A DNA stretch of 64,000 bases from Candidatus Moraniibacteriota bacterium (GTDB lineage Bacteria > Patescibacteriota > Minisyncoccia > Moranbacterales > UBA2206): NCBI GenBank assembly GCA_003482885.1, contig DMXN01000032.1, forward strand, positions 13,129 through 77,128, written 5' to 3'. Below are positions 47,269-56,227 of this stretch, in pieces. A program made the translations under genes and the position numbers. How positions within the stretch are numbered: the stretch's first letter is position 1; each line of letters starts with the position of its first letter. The notes beneath the pieces are model-generated. The model worked only from the letters and a program-made list of their open reading frames with translations. It was not told the DNA's origin and ran no database searches.

Positions 47269-49077
47269 TTATTTTGTTACATTACAATAAAAAATTCGTT
47301 CGGCGTTTCCATCGCCATTGCTTTTCCCAGCAGTGAACGCCTTATAATCTCTTTCAAAAATTTCTACTTCACCTTTGTTTTTTAATATTCGTAAAATATC
47401 ATTGTCGTTTATTCTAGCATTTGAGCGCCCATCTTTTGAATCCCCAGTATTATTATAAGACAATAATATATGTTTACAATTTACATTTTTAATTAAGTCC
47501 TCAAATGCCTGTGTAGCATTTTTAAGGCAATAGGAGCTTTTTATGTGGGAGCGATCCATTTTTTTTGCTACTCCTTCAACATTAGGTTTTTTCCATTCAG
47601 CTAAATTTTCCAGTAAATGATAGGCATCTGAATATTGACGCGAGTTATAGGGCGGATCTATGTATAAAACATCGCAAACAATTTTTCTAATCAAGATATT
47701 TGCGTCTTCTTTGTAAATATCGTTATTTCCGTTATTTAAGTGGTCAATATCTGGGGCTAAAAGTTTTACTGGCTGTAGCATGTCTAAATCTTTACGAAAA
47801 GCGTCATAATGTCCGACGGTATTTGCAACCTTGTCAACGGCATAAATTAAGGAACAGATGAGAATGTTTTTTTCTTCTTCCGTTTCGGCAATTCTTTCTA
47901 TTTCTTCACGGATTGCCCCAATCTTTCTAGCATTTTCTAGTGAAAAATAAGTATTACCAAAGTATTTTGAAAAATAATTATCTTGATCAGTTTTCAAATT
48001 ATTGAGAATATCAATTTTATCCGCAATGTTCTGAATAGGTGAATTTGTACCAAGAAACGTTTTTAGACAAACATAATTTGTAAAAAGGAAATCATTAGAA
48101 ATAATTTTTATTTCTGGTTTATTAAATCTTTCTCCGACAACACCTGTCCCTGCGAAAATATCACAAAATGATTTTATTCCGTTGCATTTTTCTGCGACAA
48201 TATCTTCAATAAATCCGAGCAGTTTATATTTATTACCTAAGTATCTTCTATTTTGCAATTGGAAGGTATTGTTTTGAGTTTTTGAAAAGTGAAAATAGGG
48301 TTTGTCAATTTTTTGTATGGTCGTTACCTCGTAGGCTAGTTTTTCAATTTCAAGTAAGGCGAAAAGAGTACCCTGTATTCCGTCAGCGACATAATCAAAC
48401 CCCTCTTTTTTCTTTTTTAACTTTTCGTAAAAACTATAATGATTATTTTCAGAAACAATAATGAAATCAATAACGGGAATACCCATTATTTCTCCCGCTT
48501 GTGCAATTTTTTCAACAACTTCAATATCTTTTTCGCTTGGCGAAGAATCACCTGAAGGGTGATTGTGAATTAGAATAACGCTGGCGGCGTTTAATTCCGT
48601 AGCTGGGTAGAAAATTTCTCTTGGGTGTAGTAATGCCTTATCTAATAGTCCGATGCTAACGACTTCCTTTTTGAGTAGGGAATTTCTAGCATTAAGATAC
48701 AAACAGACCAGATGTTCTTTTTTCTTATCCCTTAAATCGTAAGTAAGAGACAGAACATCTTGGGAATTTTTGATAATAATCTCGTTTGATTTTTCATCCG
48801 CATAAAATCTTTTTACCAACGAAATTGCGGAAGTAATTTGTAGTGCTTTAGCTTGACCAATACCCGAAATCTCTAAAAGATCATCAACGGTTATATTCAA
48901 AAAGTTTTTACCGAATTTTTTAATAATACTCTCCGAAAGTTGCCTAACATTTTTACCTTTTATACCACTGCCTAAAAGAATCGCCAAAAGATCACTTTTT
49001 GAAAGTGCGTCAGCCCCTTTTTTTAGAAATTTTTCTCTCGGGCGATCAATTTTTGGTATATCCTTAATTTTTGGCAT
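47269..49077 (-). CDS. Fusion protein: RadC-like JAB/MPN domain (N-terminal) plus Dam-family (alpha-class, D12) N6-adenine DNA methyltransferase (C-terminal)
   Basis: N-terminal MPKIKDIPKIDRPREKFLKKGADALSKSDLLAILLGSGIKGKNV…ILIHNHPSGDSSPSEKDI is the RadC JAMM motif. The C-terminus reads RRYLGNKYKLL…FCDIFAGTGVVG…ISND…VLYIDPPYNS, the Dam motifs. Confidence 0.7.
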   Translation of the reverse strand: MPKIKDIPKIDRPREKFLKKGADALSKSDLLAILLGSGIKGKNVRQLSESIIKKFGKNFLNITVDDLLEISGIGQAKALQITSAISLVKRFYADEKSNEIIIKNSQDVLSLTYDLRDKKKEHLVCLYLNARNSLLKKEVVSIGLLDKALLHPREIFYPATELNAASVILIHNHPSGDSSPSEKDIEVVEKIAQAGEIMGIPVIDFIIVSENNHYSFYEKLKKKKEGFDYVADGIQGTLFALLEIEKLAYEVTTIQKIDKPYFHFSKTQNNTFQLQNRRYLGNKYKLLGFIEDIVAEKCNGIKSFCDIFAGTGVVGERFNKPEIKIISNDFLFTNYVCLKTFLGTNSPIQNIADKIDILNNLKTDQDNYFSKYFGNTYFSLENARKIGAIREEIERIAETEEEKNILICSLIYAVDKVANTVGHYDAFRKDLDMLQPVKLLAPDIDHLNNGNNDIYKEDANILIRKIVCDVLYIDPPYNSRQYSDAYHLLENLAEWKKPNVEGVAKKMDRSHIKSSYCLKNATQAFEDLIKNVNCKHILLSYNNTGDSKDGRSNARINDNDILRILKNKGEVEIFERDYKAFTAGKSNGDGNAERIFYCNVTK

Positions 49078-49184
49078 AAATTATTTTCGTAGCGGAGAGG
49101 CGAAAACACCTTTTTGATTTGCCATAAAGTTATAATTTATTTTTACCTCTTCATTCTACCATTTTTAAATCTTCATGCCAACGC

Positions 49185-49212
49185 AAAAAAGCCCTGCGGA
49201 AGCAGGGCTTTT
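49185..49212 (-). terminator. recA terminator
   Basis: gccctgc-ggaa-gcagggc is a 7-bp stem with a GNRA-like loop, followed on the minus strand by a T-run. Confidence 0.5.
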
Positions 49213-49231
49213 AAAAAAATGGAAATATTAC

Positions 49232-50320
49232 CTACGCTTTTTCATCCACTTCTTCAACCTCGCCTGTCGCGTCGTTTTCCAACTCTTTCACTCTCTTAAA
49301 GATGCCTTTGGCGATTTCGGCTTGTATTTTTGGATTGCTTTTCAAGAAAGCTTTCGCCGGTTCGCGTCCGACTCCCAATTTGATTTCTCCCAAAGAATAG
49401 GAATTGCCTTTTTTGGTTACGACTTCATATTTTACGCCGGTGTCCAAAATATCGCCCGCGGCGGAAATTCCTTCATTGTACATAATATCAAATTCCGCCG
49501 TGCGAAAGGGTGGCGCCACTTTATTTTTCACGATTTTTACTTTTGTTCGATTGCCCACAATATCTTCGCCTTTTTTAATTTGCGCCGAGCGGCGCACTTC
49601 AATTCGCACCGAAGCGTAAAATTTCAACGCGTTTCCTCCCGTCGTTGTTTCCGGATTGCCGAATACTACGCCGATTTTCATTCGGATTTGATTGATAAAA
49701 ATCACCGTGCAATTAGAACGGGAAATAACCGCAGTTAATTTTCGCAAAGCTTGCGACATCAATCTAGCTTGCCGGCCCATATGCGAATCGCCCATATCGC
49801 CTTCGATTTCCGCTTTCGGTACCAACGCCGCGACACTGTCCACTACAACTATATCAATTGAATTAGAGCTTACCAACGCTTCCACAATATCCAAAGCCTG
49901 TTCGCCATTGTCCGGCTGGGAAATTAAAAGATTATTTATATTCACGCCGATTCTTTTGGCGTATTCCGGATCAAGCGCGTGTTCCGCATCGATAAACGCC
50001 GCCGTTCCTCCGGCTTTTTGCGTATTAGCTATAATGTGCAAAGTTAAAGTTGTTTTTCCCGAAGATTCCGGTCCGTAAATTTCCACTACCCGTCCTCTCG
50101 GAATTCCACCGATGCCCAAAGCCAAATCCAAAGAAATCGAACCGGAGGGAATCGATGCCACATCCACATGTTTAATATCACCCAACTTCATAATCACGCC
50201 GTCTCCGAATTTTTCTCTAATCTCGGAAACAACATTGTCCACACCCTTGTTTTTCTCGTCTTTCTTTTCATCTTTCATAATGATTTTATCAATTAGTTTG
50301 TTAATTATTTTCAAAAACAA
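49232..50320 (-). CDS. recA: Recombinase RecA
   Basis: [20 protein letters not shown] is the Walker A motif; also present are [13 protein letters not shown] and the L2 loop region. The true start is probably the ATG at about 50278 (MKDEKK…). Confidence 0.9.
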   Translation of the reverse strand: MFLKIINKLIDKIIMKDEKKDEKNKGVDNVVSEIREKFGDGVIMKLGDIKHVDVASIPSGSISLDLALGIGGIPRGRVVEIYGPESSGKTTLTLHIIANTQKAGGTAAFIDAEHALDPEYAKRIGVNINNLLISQPDNGEQALDIVEALVSSNSIDIVVVDSVAALVPKAEIEGDMGDSHMGRQARLMSQALRKLTAVISRSNCTVIFINQIRMKIGVVFGNPETTTGGNALKFYASVRIEVRRSAQIKKGEDIVGNRTKVKIVKNKVAPPFRTAEFDIMYNEGISAAGDILDTGVKYEVVTKKGNSYSLGEIKLGVGREPAKAFLKSNPKIQAEIAKGIFKRVKELENDATGEVEEVDEKA

Positions 50321-51308
50321 CTCCCTTCACCGCCCCATCGCTATCTCCCAATACTCCCATGTCTTTTCCGTTTAGTTTTATATGCGTCACATTGGCTCTT
50401 CCGGAACTGATTACAATTTTATCATAGGCGCTGAAATTTTGCACAGCCCCCGCTAAAACCGTCCCGCTAAAAATCAAATTTCCATCCGCTTCCACGCTAA
50501 TCCAAACCGAACCAGAATCGATGGTTAATTCAATTTGCATCGTTTGTTCATTGACCTCCGGCATATTTTGAGCCAATATTTCATTCGACGCCGAGGAGCC
50601 ATCTGCATCAATATTTTCTTGCGCTAATTTCGCCTGAACCGTGATATTTTCCACCGCCTCTTTTTGAAATCTATTAACCGCCTTGATTTTAATCACATTT
50701 ATTCCGTCTTGCAAAGCAACATTTTCCTTAAATCCCCCTTCATCATCCGTCAATATCGACTGCTCGTTGACAAATACGCGTGCGTCTTTATCCGTTTTTC
50801 CTTCCAATAATACTGAATCTCCTTGCGCTTCTGAATTTGTTTCAGGATTAAAAATAATCAAACGGGGAACATTGGTAAGTACTCCGGCTTGGCGATAAAG
50901 ATACAAAAAGGTCGCCAAAACAACAAAAATTGAAAAAGCTAACGCAAATTTTTGCGGCGTGAAAATAAACGAGGAAATATTAATCGGCTTGATTTTCGAA
51001 TCTTCCTTGGCGGGATTCTTGCTTTTTTTTAAATTTTTATTGATGCCCTTTTCTTTCTCGTAAAGCCTGATTAAATTTCGTTCATCCACTCCCATGAAAT
51101 CACCGTAGCTTTTCAAGAATCCCCGCACATAAACATCCGCCGGCAATTCGTCATATTTGCCTTCTTCCAAACATTCCAAATATTCCACACGGATTCTAGT
51201 AACGCGGGAAACCTCATTCAACGCGATTCTTTTGTCGGAACGCAATTTTTTTAATTTTTCTCCCAATGTAAGCGTTCCAACTTTTTTTTTTGTAAAACCA
51301 TTTGCCAT
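50301..51308 (-). CDS. RodZ-like protein (XRE HTH, TM, DUF4115-like C-terminus)
   Basis: [37 protein letters not shown] is an XRE-type HTH, followed by one TM ([17 protein letters not shown]) and a beta-rich C-terminal domain. Confidence 0.55.
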   Translation of the reverse strand: MANGFTKKKVGTLTLGEKLKKLRSDKRIALNEVSRVTRIRVEYLECLEEGKYDELPADVYVRGFLKSYGDFMGVDERNLIRLYEKEKGINKNLKKSKNPAKEDSKIKPINISSFIFTPQKFALAFSIFVVLATFLYLYRQAGVLTNVPRLIIFNPETNSEAQGDSVLLEGKTDKDARVFVNEQSILTDDEGGFKENVALQDGINVIKIKAVNRFQKEAVENITVQAKLAQENIDADGSSASNEILAQNMPEVNEQTMQIELTIDSGSVWISVEADGNLIFSGTVLAGAVQNFSAYDKIVISSGRANVTHIKLNGKDMGVLGDSDGAVKGVVFENN

Positions 51309-51318
51309 ACCCTACGAA

Positions 51319-53694
51319 TTACATTTCCCATTTATCCCTCTTTTCTTGATCGTCAACATTATCATCATAAACAGTTTGCTCCTGTTCGGGCAAACCGAAA
51401 ATTTCTCTCGGTTTGGCTCCGTCCGCCGGACCGACGATGCCTTTTTCTTCCAAAATATCCAGCAGTCTTGCGGCTCTGGCATAGCCGACGCGCAAACGGC
51501 GTTGCAAAAAAGAAGCAGAGGCTTTTTTAGATTGCAAAATTTCTTTTTTAGCTGTTTCATATAATTCATCATTTTGCGAATCATCAAATGAATTAAATTT
51601 ATCCAACTCCTGCGCAACCGCAGCAGGATTATTTAAAGCGGATTCTTGCATATCTTCTTCATCAATAATATTTTGCGGATTTTCTTCTTTGATAAATTTA
51701 ACAATTTCTTTCGCTTCTTTTTCCGTCGCAAAAACGCCCTGAACTCTTTGTGGTTTAGACGAACTGGCGGAAAGATAAAGCATGTCGCCATTGCCCAATA
51801 ATTTTTCCGCGCCCGCCATATCTAAAATCGTGCGTGAATCGATTTGCGTTGCCACTTGGAAAGCAATTCTGGTGGTGATATTGGCTTTAATTAAGCCAGT
51901 AATTACTTCCACTGACGGTCGTTGCGTAGAAATAATCAAATGAATTCCCACCGCGCGCGCCATCTGCGCGATTCGCACGATTGCTCCTTCCACTTCCCTA
52001 CCATGACTGCCCATCAAATCTGCCAACTCATCAACAATAATTATAATATACGGAACAGTTTTTAAATCTTCCTCGCTCACTTCGCCAGTTTCCGCATCAA
52101 CTAATTTTCTTTTCTCGCCATTTTTTAATTTTTCTTTATAAGAAATAATATCGCGCACTCCGATTTCTTGAAATAATTTATACCGTTTTTCCATTTCCGA
52201 CACCGCCCATTTCAAAGTGTTAATAACTTTAGCATTTTCCACAATCACATCCGTAAGCAAATGAGGAATTCCGTTATACAAAGACAACTCTACTCTTTTC
52301 GGATCAATCATAATAAATTTCAAATCCTCCGGGGAGTTTTGGTATAGCAACATCGCGATAATAGAATTGATGCAAACAGATTTTCCCGTTCCTGTCGCTC
52401 CGGCAATCATCAGATGCGGCATCTTATCAAGACTACCGAAAATATAATTGCCGCTCACATTCTCGCCCAGCGCCAGCGATAAGTTAGATTTTCTGTTTTT
52501 AAATTCTCGACTTTCCAAAATCGTCCGCAAACGCACGAAAGAAGAACTTCTATTTGGAACTTCGATTCCAAATAGCGATTTTCCCGGAATCGGCGCTTCA
52601 ATGCGAATCGGGTTGGCCAACGCCAAAGATAAATCATTTTGCAGCGCCAATATTTTGGCGATTTTCACTCCAACCGCCGGACGAAAACTGTATTGCGTAA
52701 CGGACGGTCCGACTTTAATCTCTCCCCGTTCCACTAAAATACCGAAATTATCCAGTGTTTTTTTGATTATTTCCGCGTTCATTTCCGTATCTCCGCTTTT
52801 CGCTATTCCCGACGCTTTTTCCAAAATATCCACCGGAGGAAATTTCCATTTTTCTCCGCACCGTTTTTTAGCTGACAAAGGAATTTTGTTTCCGATTTTT
52901 TTTTGGGAAAAAACGCCGCCGATTTCCATCTCTTCCAAATCGGAATCCACAAATTGATCCCGCCCTTCCACGAATTTTATTTTTCCGATATTCTCTCCAA
53001 TAGCCTCATCCTCTAACTTTTTCCCTGCTTGATTTTTATTATCATCCTCAATATTATCAATCGCTTCAGCAGAAATATTTTCTTGTTTGTCTTTTTGTTC
53101 TAAATTTATTTCTATTGCTTTTTCTTCGTCTTGTTTCTTTTCTTTTTTAAACTTCCTTAAAAAATTAACAATAGAAAATTCGAAAGCCACTATTATTCCT
53201 AGCAAAAACAAAGCCAAGATCACCACCAAGCTTCCGGCGTTACCTAAATATTTGGCTAAAAAATACGCCGCGGCATAGCCGACATATCCGCCGCCTTTTC
53301 CTTGCGCCGCCATTTCGCGCATTTCGGAAGCTTTGAAAAACCAATGAAAAAATCCCGTCATACTGACAAAAATAACCGCCAAGCCAACCAACTTTGTCAC
53401 ATAAAAAAGCGTTTCCTTTTTGAAAAGCAAAACGGCGCCGGCGATAATTAAAAATAACGGCAGAATAAATTTCGCCCAACCGACTGCCTGTGCGCTTAAA
53501 TTATTCAAAGATTTTCCCGCCATCCCGGAATAACCGAAAAAACCGAAACCGGTTAAAATCGCCAGCGTGAATAAAACCACTCCGGCAATATTTCTTTTTA
53601 CATCGGAAGAAAGATTGAAGTTAAATTTATTCTCTTTTTCGCCTGCGATATTATTTTCTTTTTTTTCTTTTGATAAGGTTTTTTTTCGTCCCAT
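51319..53694 (-). CDS. ftsK: DNA translocase FtsK/SpoIIIE
   Basis: N-terminal TM segments, Walker A in HLMIAGATGTGKSVCINSII, and a gamma-domain wHTH (SASFLQRRLRVGYARAARLLDILEEKGIVG). Confidence 0.85.
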   Translation of the reverse strand: MGRKKTLSKEKKENNIAGEKENKFNFNLSSDVKRNIAGVVLFTLAILTGFGFFGYSGMAGKSLNNLSAQAVGWAKFILPLFLIIAGAVLLFKKETLFYVTKLVGLAVIFVSMTGFFHWFFKASEMREMAAQGKGGGYVGYAAAYFLAKYLGNAGSLVVILALFLLGIIVAFEFSIVNFLRKFKKEKKQDEEKAIEINLEQKDKQENISAEAIDNIEDDNKNQAGKKLEDEAIGENIGKIKFVEGRDQFVDSDLEEMEIGGVFSQKKIGNKIPLSAKKRCGEKWKFPPVDILEKASGIAKSGDTEMNAEIIKKTLDNFGILVERGEIKVGPSVTQYSFRPAVGVKIAKILALQNDLSLALANPIRIEAPIPGKSLFGIEVPNRSSSFVRLRTILESREFKNRKSNLSLALGENVSGNYIFGSLDKMPHLMIAGATGTGKSVCINSIIAMLLYQNSPEDLKFIMIDPKRVELSLYNGIPHLLTDVIVENAKVINTLKWAVSEMEKRYKLFQEIGVRDIISYKEKLKNGEKRKLVDAETGEVSEEDLKTVPYIIIIVDELADLMGSHGREVEGAIVRIAQMARAVGIHLIISTQRPSVEVITGLIKANITTRIAFQVATQIDSRTILDMAGAEKLLGNGDMLYLSASSSKPQRVQGVFATEKEAKEIVKFIKEENPQNIIDEEDMQESALNNPAAVAQELDKFNSFDDSQNDELYETAKKEILQSKKASASFLQRRLRVGYARAARLLDILEEKGIVGPADGAKPREIFGLPEQEQTVYDDNVDDQEKRDKWEM

Positions 53695-53725
53695 AAAAAC
53701 ATTTTAGCACAAATTTTGAAAATAC

Positions 53726-53756
53726 AAAAAAACCTTCGCGAGAAGGCTTTTTTGTA
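53726..53756. terminator. Hairpin terminator separating the small ORF from ftsK
   Basis: aaaaaaaccttcgcgagaaggctttttt is a 5-6 bp GC stem flanked by A and T runs. Confidence 0.4.
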
Positions 53757-53781
53757 TTGGAATTGTTTTTAATTGTTATTT

Positions 53782-53931
53782 TTAAAAAAATCCCGCATTG
53801 CTCAAAAAGGTAACTGTGAGCGCCGGCATTAAAGCCAACAGAATCGCGAAATTCATCGTTTCGCTTTCTTGATGCTCCGCTTCCCTTTTTTCGCATTCGG
53901 GACACTGGCACATTGGTTTTTCTTGGTCCAT
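53782..53931 (-). CDS. 49-aa small membrane protein with an N-terminal CxCxxC motif
   Basis: MDQEKPMCQCPECEKREAEHQESETMNFAILLALMPALTVTFLSNAGFF. AAGGA lies about 14 nt upstream and it has its own terminator; it falls below the ORF-track cutoff. Confidence 0.35.
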   Translation of the reverse strand: MDQEKPMCQCPECEKREAEHQESETMNFAILLALMPALTVTFLSNAGFF

Positions 53932-54057
53932 ATTTTTATTTTTTCCTTGCTCGGGAATTAACCTCCCAATCGCAAAGATTTTTAATAAATAAAAAAGAAG
54001 CCGGATTCACCCGCTTCCTTTACTGTATTTATAGTGTACACCGATTGAACGAAAAAG

Positions 54058-54771
54058 TCAAGAAAAATCGCCCGAACTTTTTTTCAATCCTTCGCGATAA
54101 AGTTTCAGTTGAAATATCAAATCTTTTTTCAAGTTATTTTTCACCCAATCTTTTTGTTTGGCATCCAGCAATTCTCCCAAACCTTGCAAGATATATTTGT
54201 TGTCAAATTTTTCCAAAATCTCTATAGATTTTTCGATATAATCAAGAATATTTTTTTTTGTTTTTTTAACAATCGTTTCTTTATTAATATCCCAATGTTT
54301 TGAGAAAAAGCAATGAACATCAAAAAAATCACGCGAGGCTGTTTTTTTTCTGTCCGCCAGCGCCGCCAATTTGCAAGCAAACATATCGCCTGGTTCCATA
54401 ACTTTCATTGAAATGCCGAGATAATCTTTTACTAAAAACTTTCCGGCGCTTCCTCTTCTCGAAATTTCTATTTTAATATTTCTTTCATTTTTTCCGTACG
54501 AAAGCAGAAAAAAAATAGTATAACGCTTTATATGTTTTTCCATGATTTCCCCATGCTTTGAAAGAATTTTTTCCAACTCCACAAAAACTACTTTTTCTTT
54601 TTCCTCGCTTAATAAATCAAAATCCAGATCAACGCTATAGCGAGGTAAATCATAAAAAAGATACGCCGCCGTACCACCCTTAAATCCCAAATAAGGCGCG
54701 ACAGAAAGCGTTTCATAAATATCTTTTAAAATTTCAACCATTGCGGTTTTGTGCAATTCCCAATTAAGCAT
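54058..54771 (-). CDS. AbiEii-family nucleotidyltransferase toxin, pair #4
   Basis: LGFKGGTAAYLFYDLPRYSVDLDFD. Confidence 0.75.
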   Translation of the reverse strand: MLNWELHKTAMVEILKDIYETLSVAPYLGFKGGTAAYLFYDLPRYSVDLDFDLLSEEKEKVVFVELEKILSKHGEIMEKHIKRYTIFFLLSYGKNERNIKIEISRRGSAGKFLVKDYLGISMKVMEPGDMFACKLAALADRKKTASRDFFDVHCFFSKHWDINKETIVKKTKKNILDYIEKSIEILEKFDNKYILQGLGELLDAKQKDWVKNNLKKDLIFQLKLYREGLKKSSGDFS

Positions 54772-55333
54772 AGTTTTTTTTGTAAAAAGTTATATGTTCT
54801 TCCGTTTTTTTATTGCCGTAAATCGGCGCAAGAGCCAAGCATTCTTTCCAATCGATATTTTTTAAATTGTCAAAATAATAGTTGGGGTTAATATAAATCA
54901 TATCGAGAAACGCTCGTTCTTTATTGGCTATAGAAAAACCATTTTCTTTTCGAACTCCGTATTGATTCAAAAGCGCGGTTTTTTTTATTTTCCGGTAAAC
55001 TATTTTTTGACCGTTTGCCAATTCGATTTCTCTTGAAAAACAACCAGCCGCAAAAATCGTTTCGTAGTGCTGAAAAATAACTCCTTCATTTCTAAGCACG
55101 GTTTCAAAGCTGATATACGATGGGGAATAAATTTTTGCCACCGCCTCATAAATATTATATTCCAACTTTGCGTAGATTCCTCGTCTAAGATGGACGAGAT
55201 TGCCTTTATTAGTATAATATTTAAGACTGGCTTTAAGTTTATTCAGATTGTCTTCACCCCAAATCAAGCCTATTTCACTGGCCGTAAAAACGGTGTTTTT
55301 AGTTTGATAAAGGCTTAGAATGCGGTTTTCCAT
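54764..55333 (-). CDS. AbiEi-family antitoxin, pair #4
   Basis: …LRRGIYAKLEY…YSPSYISFETVLRNEGVIFQ; 8-nt overlap with the toxin. Confidence 0.7.
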   Translation of the reverse strand: MENRILSLYQTKNTVFTASEIGLIWGEDNLNKLKASLKYYTNKGNLVHLRRGIYAKLEYNIYEAVAKIYSPSYISFETVLRNEGVIFQHYETIFAAGCFSREIELANGQKIVYRKIKKTALLNQYGVRKENGFSIANKERAFLDMIYINPNYYFDNLKNIDWKECLALAPIYGNKKTEEHITFYKKNYA

Positions 55334-55552
55334 ATTTTTGGTGAACCAAAGGTAATAAATTTTCTTACCTTTAGTCTACACCATTTCGGAAAAACTGTCA
55401 ATCATTTGACTTTTCCCCCATTTCGTGCTAAATTATTCAGTCGTTTCACATAGAGTGAAACAATATGGCTCAAAGGAAAAAAAGGGCCAATAGTTGGCTC
55501 TTTGACAAATTTTGATAGGAAATTAAAATTCAAGTATTTAGGAGGTAGGGAT

Positions 55553-56227
55553 ATGGCAGGATTGATAGAAATATTAGATAGAGTTGCGACATTTTTTTTA
55601 GTTGCAGAAAAAATTCCCATCTTAGGGAAAATTCTGAAAACCACCACTGAAAAAGGTGGGGAAGTAATCGGGAAAAAAATGGAATCGGTTATCGGCAGTT
55701 TTTTAGATGCCGAGGCTGCAAAAAAAACTTTTGACGATGAAATTTCATTTGAAAAAGTAGTTGCAACGGGAACGCTAGCCTCTGCTGAAAGGCAGGTCTT
55801 GATGAGCTATGTCGGTCGCCTTCGAGGTACAACTCCTGATTTAGCTAGTGAGCTCACTCGATGGGTTCACAATACCTTGGTGGCTAATCGTCAACAAGTG
55901 AAACTGTCGACGGGTCAAAAAGAAAACCGTGAAGAAAGAACTTCTGTCGATGATTCCGAAGGAATTCAAATCGCAGAAAACTTACTTCTCGATATTATCA
56001 AAGCAACGGATGATTCTGCGAGAGAAGAAATTCTCAAGCAAAGAGACATCCGTATTAGAGAAAAAAAGACTCCGAAAGGAGTTGAGACAGCAAAAAAAGT
56101 TGGGTCGGCGGTCGCTTCTCAACAAAAAGCAAATTTTGACGACCACAAAAAAACTGCCACAAGCTTTGAAGCTGCCGGCAAAAAATACCTCGAAGAAGTA
56201 CGAGCCAAAAGGAGGGCGCAAAAATGA
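55553..56227 (+). CDS. Hypothetical soluble protein, first gene of the GC-rich island (ATG at 55553 preferred over the track start)
   Basis: AGGAGG lies 7 nt upstream of ATG(55553) MAGLIEILDRVATFF. About 48-50% GC, and the C-terminal half is Lys/Glu-rich. No recognisable motif. Confidence 0.5.
   Translation: MAGLIEILDRVATFFLVAEKIPILGKILKTTTEKGGEVIGKKMESVIGSFLDAEAAKKTFDDEISFEKVVATGTLASAERQVLMSYVGRLRGTTPDLASELTRWVHNTLVANRQQVKLSTGQKENREERTSVDDSEGIQIAENLLLDIIKATDDSAREEILKQRDIRIREKKTPKGVETAKKVGSAVASQQKANFDDHKKTATSFEAAGKKYLEEVRAKRRAQK

Noticed and set aside
49175-50078. Plus-strand ORFs antisense to recA (49175..49738, 49404..49619 and 49692..50078)
   Set aside because: recA is unambiguous on the minus strand.
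52448-52957. 169-aa plus-strand ORF inside ftsK
   Set aside because: Antisense shadow ORF.
55502-55552. The ORF-track start (55502) of the first GC-island gene
   Set aside because: An AGGAGG RBS is correctly spaced for the ATG at 55553; the upstream extension lacks one.
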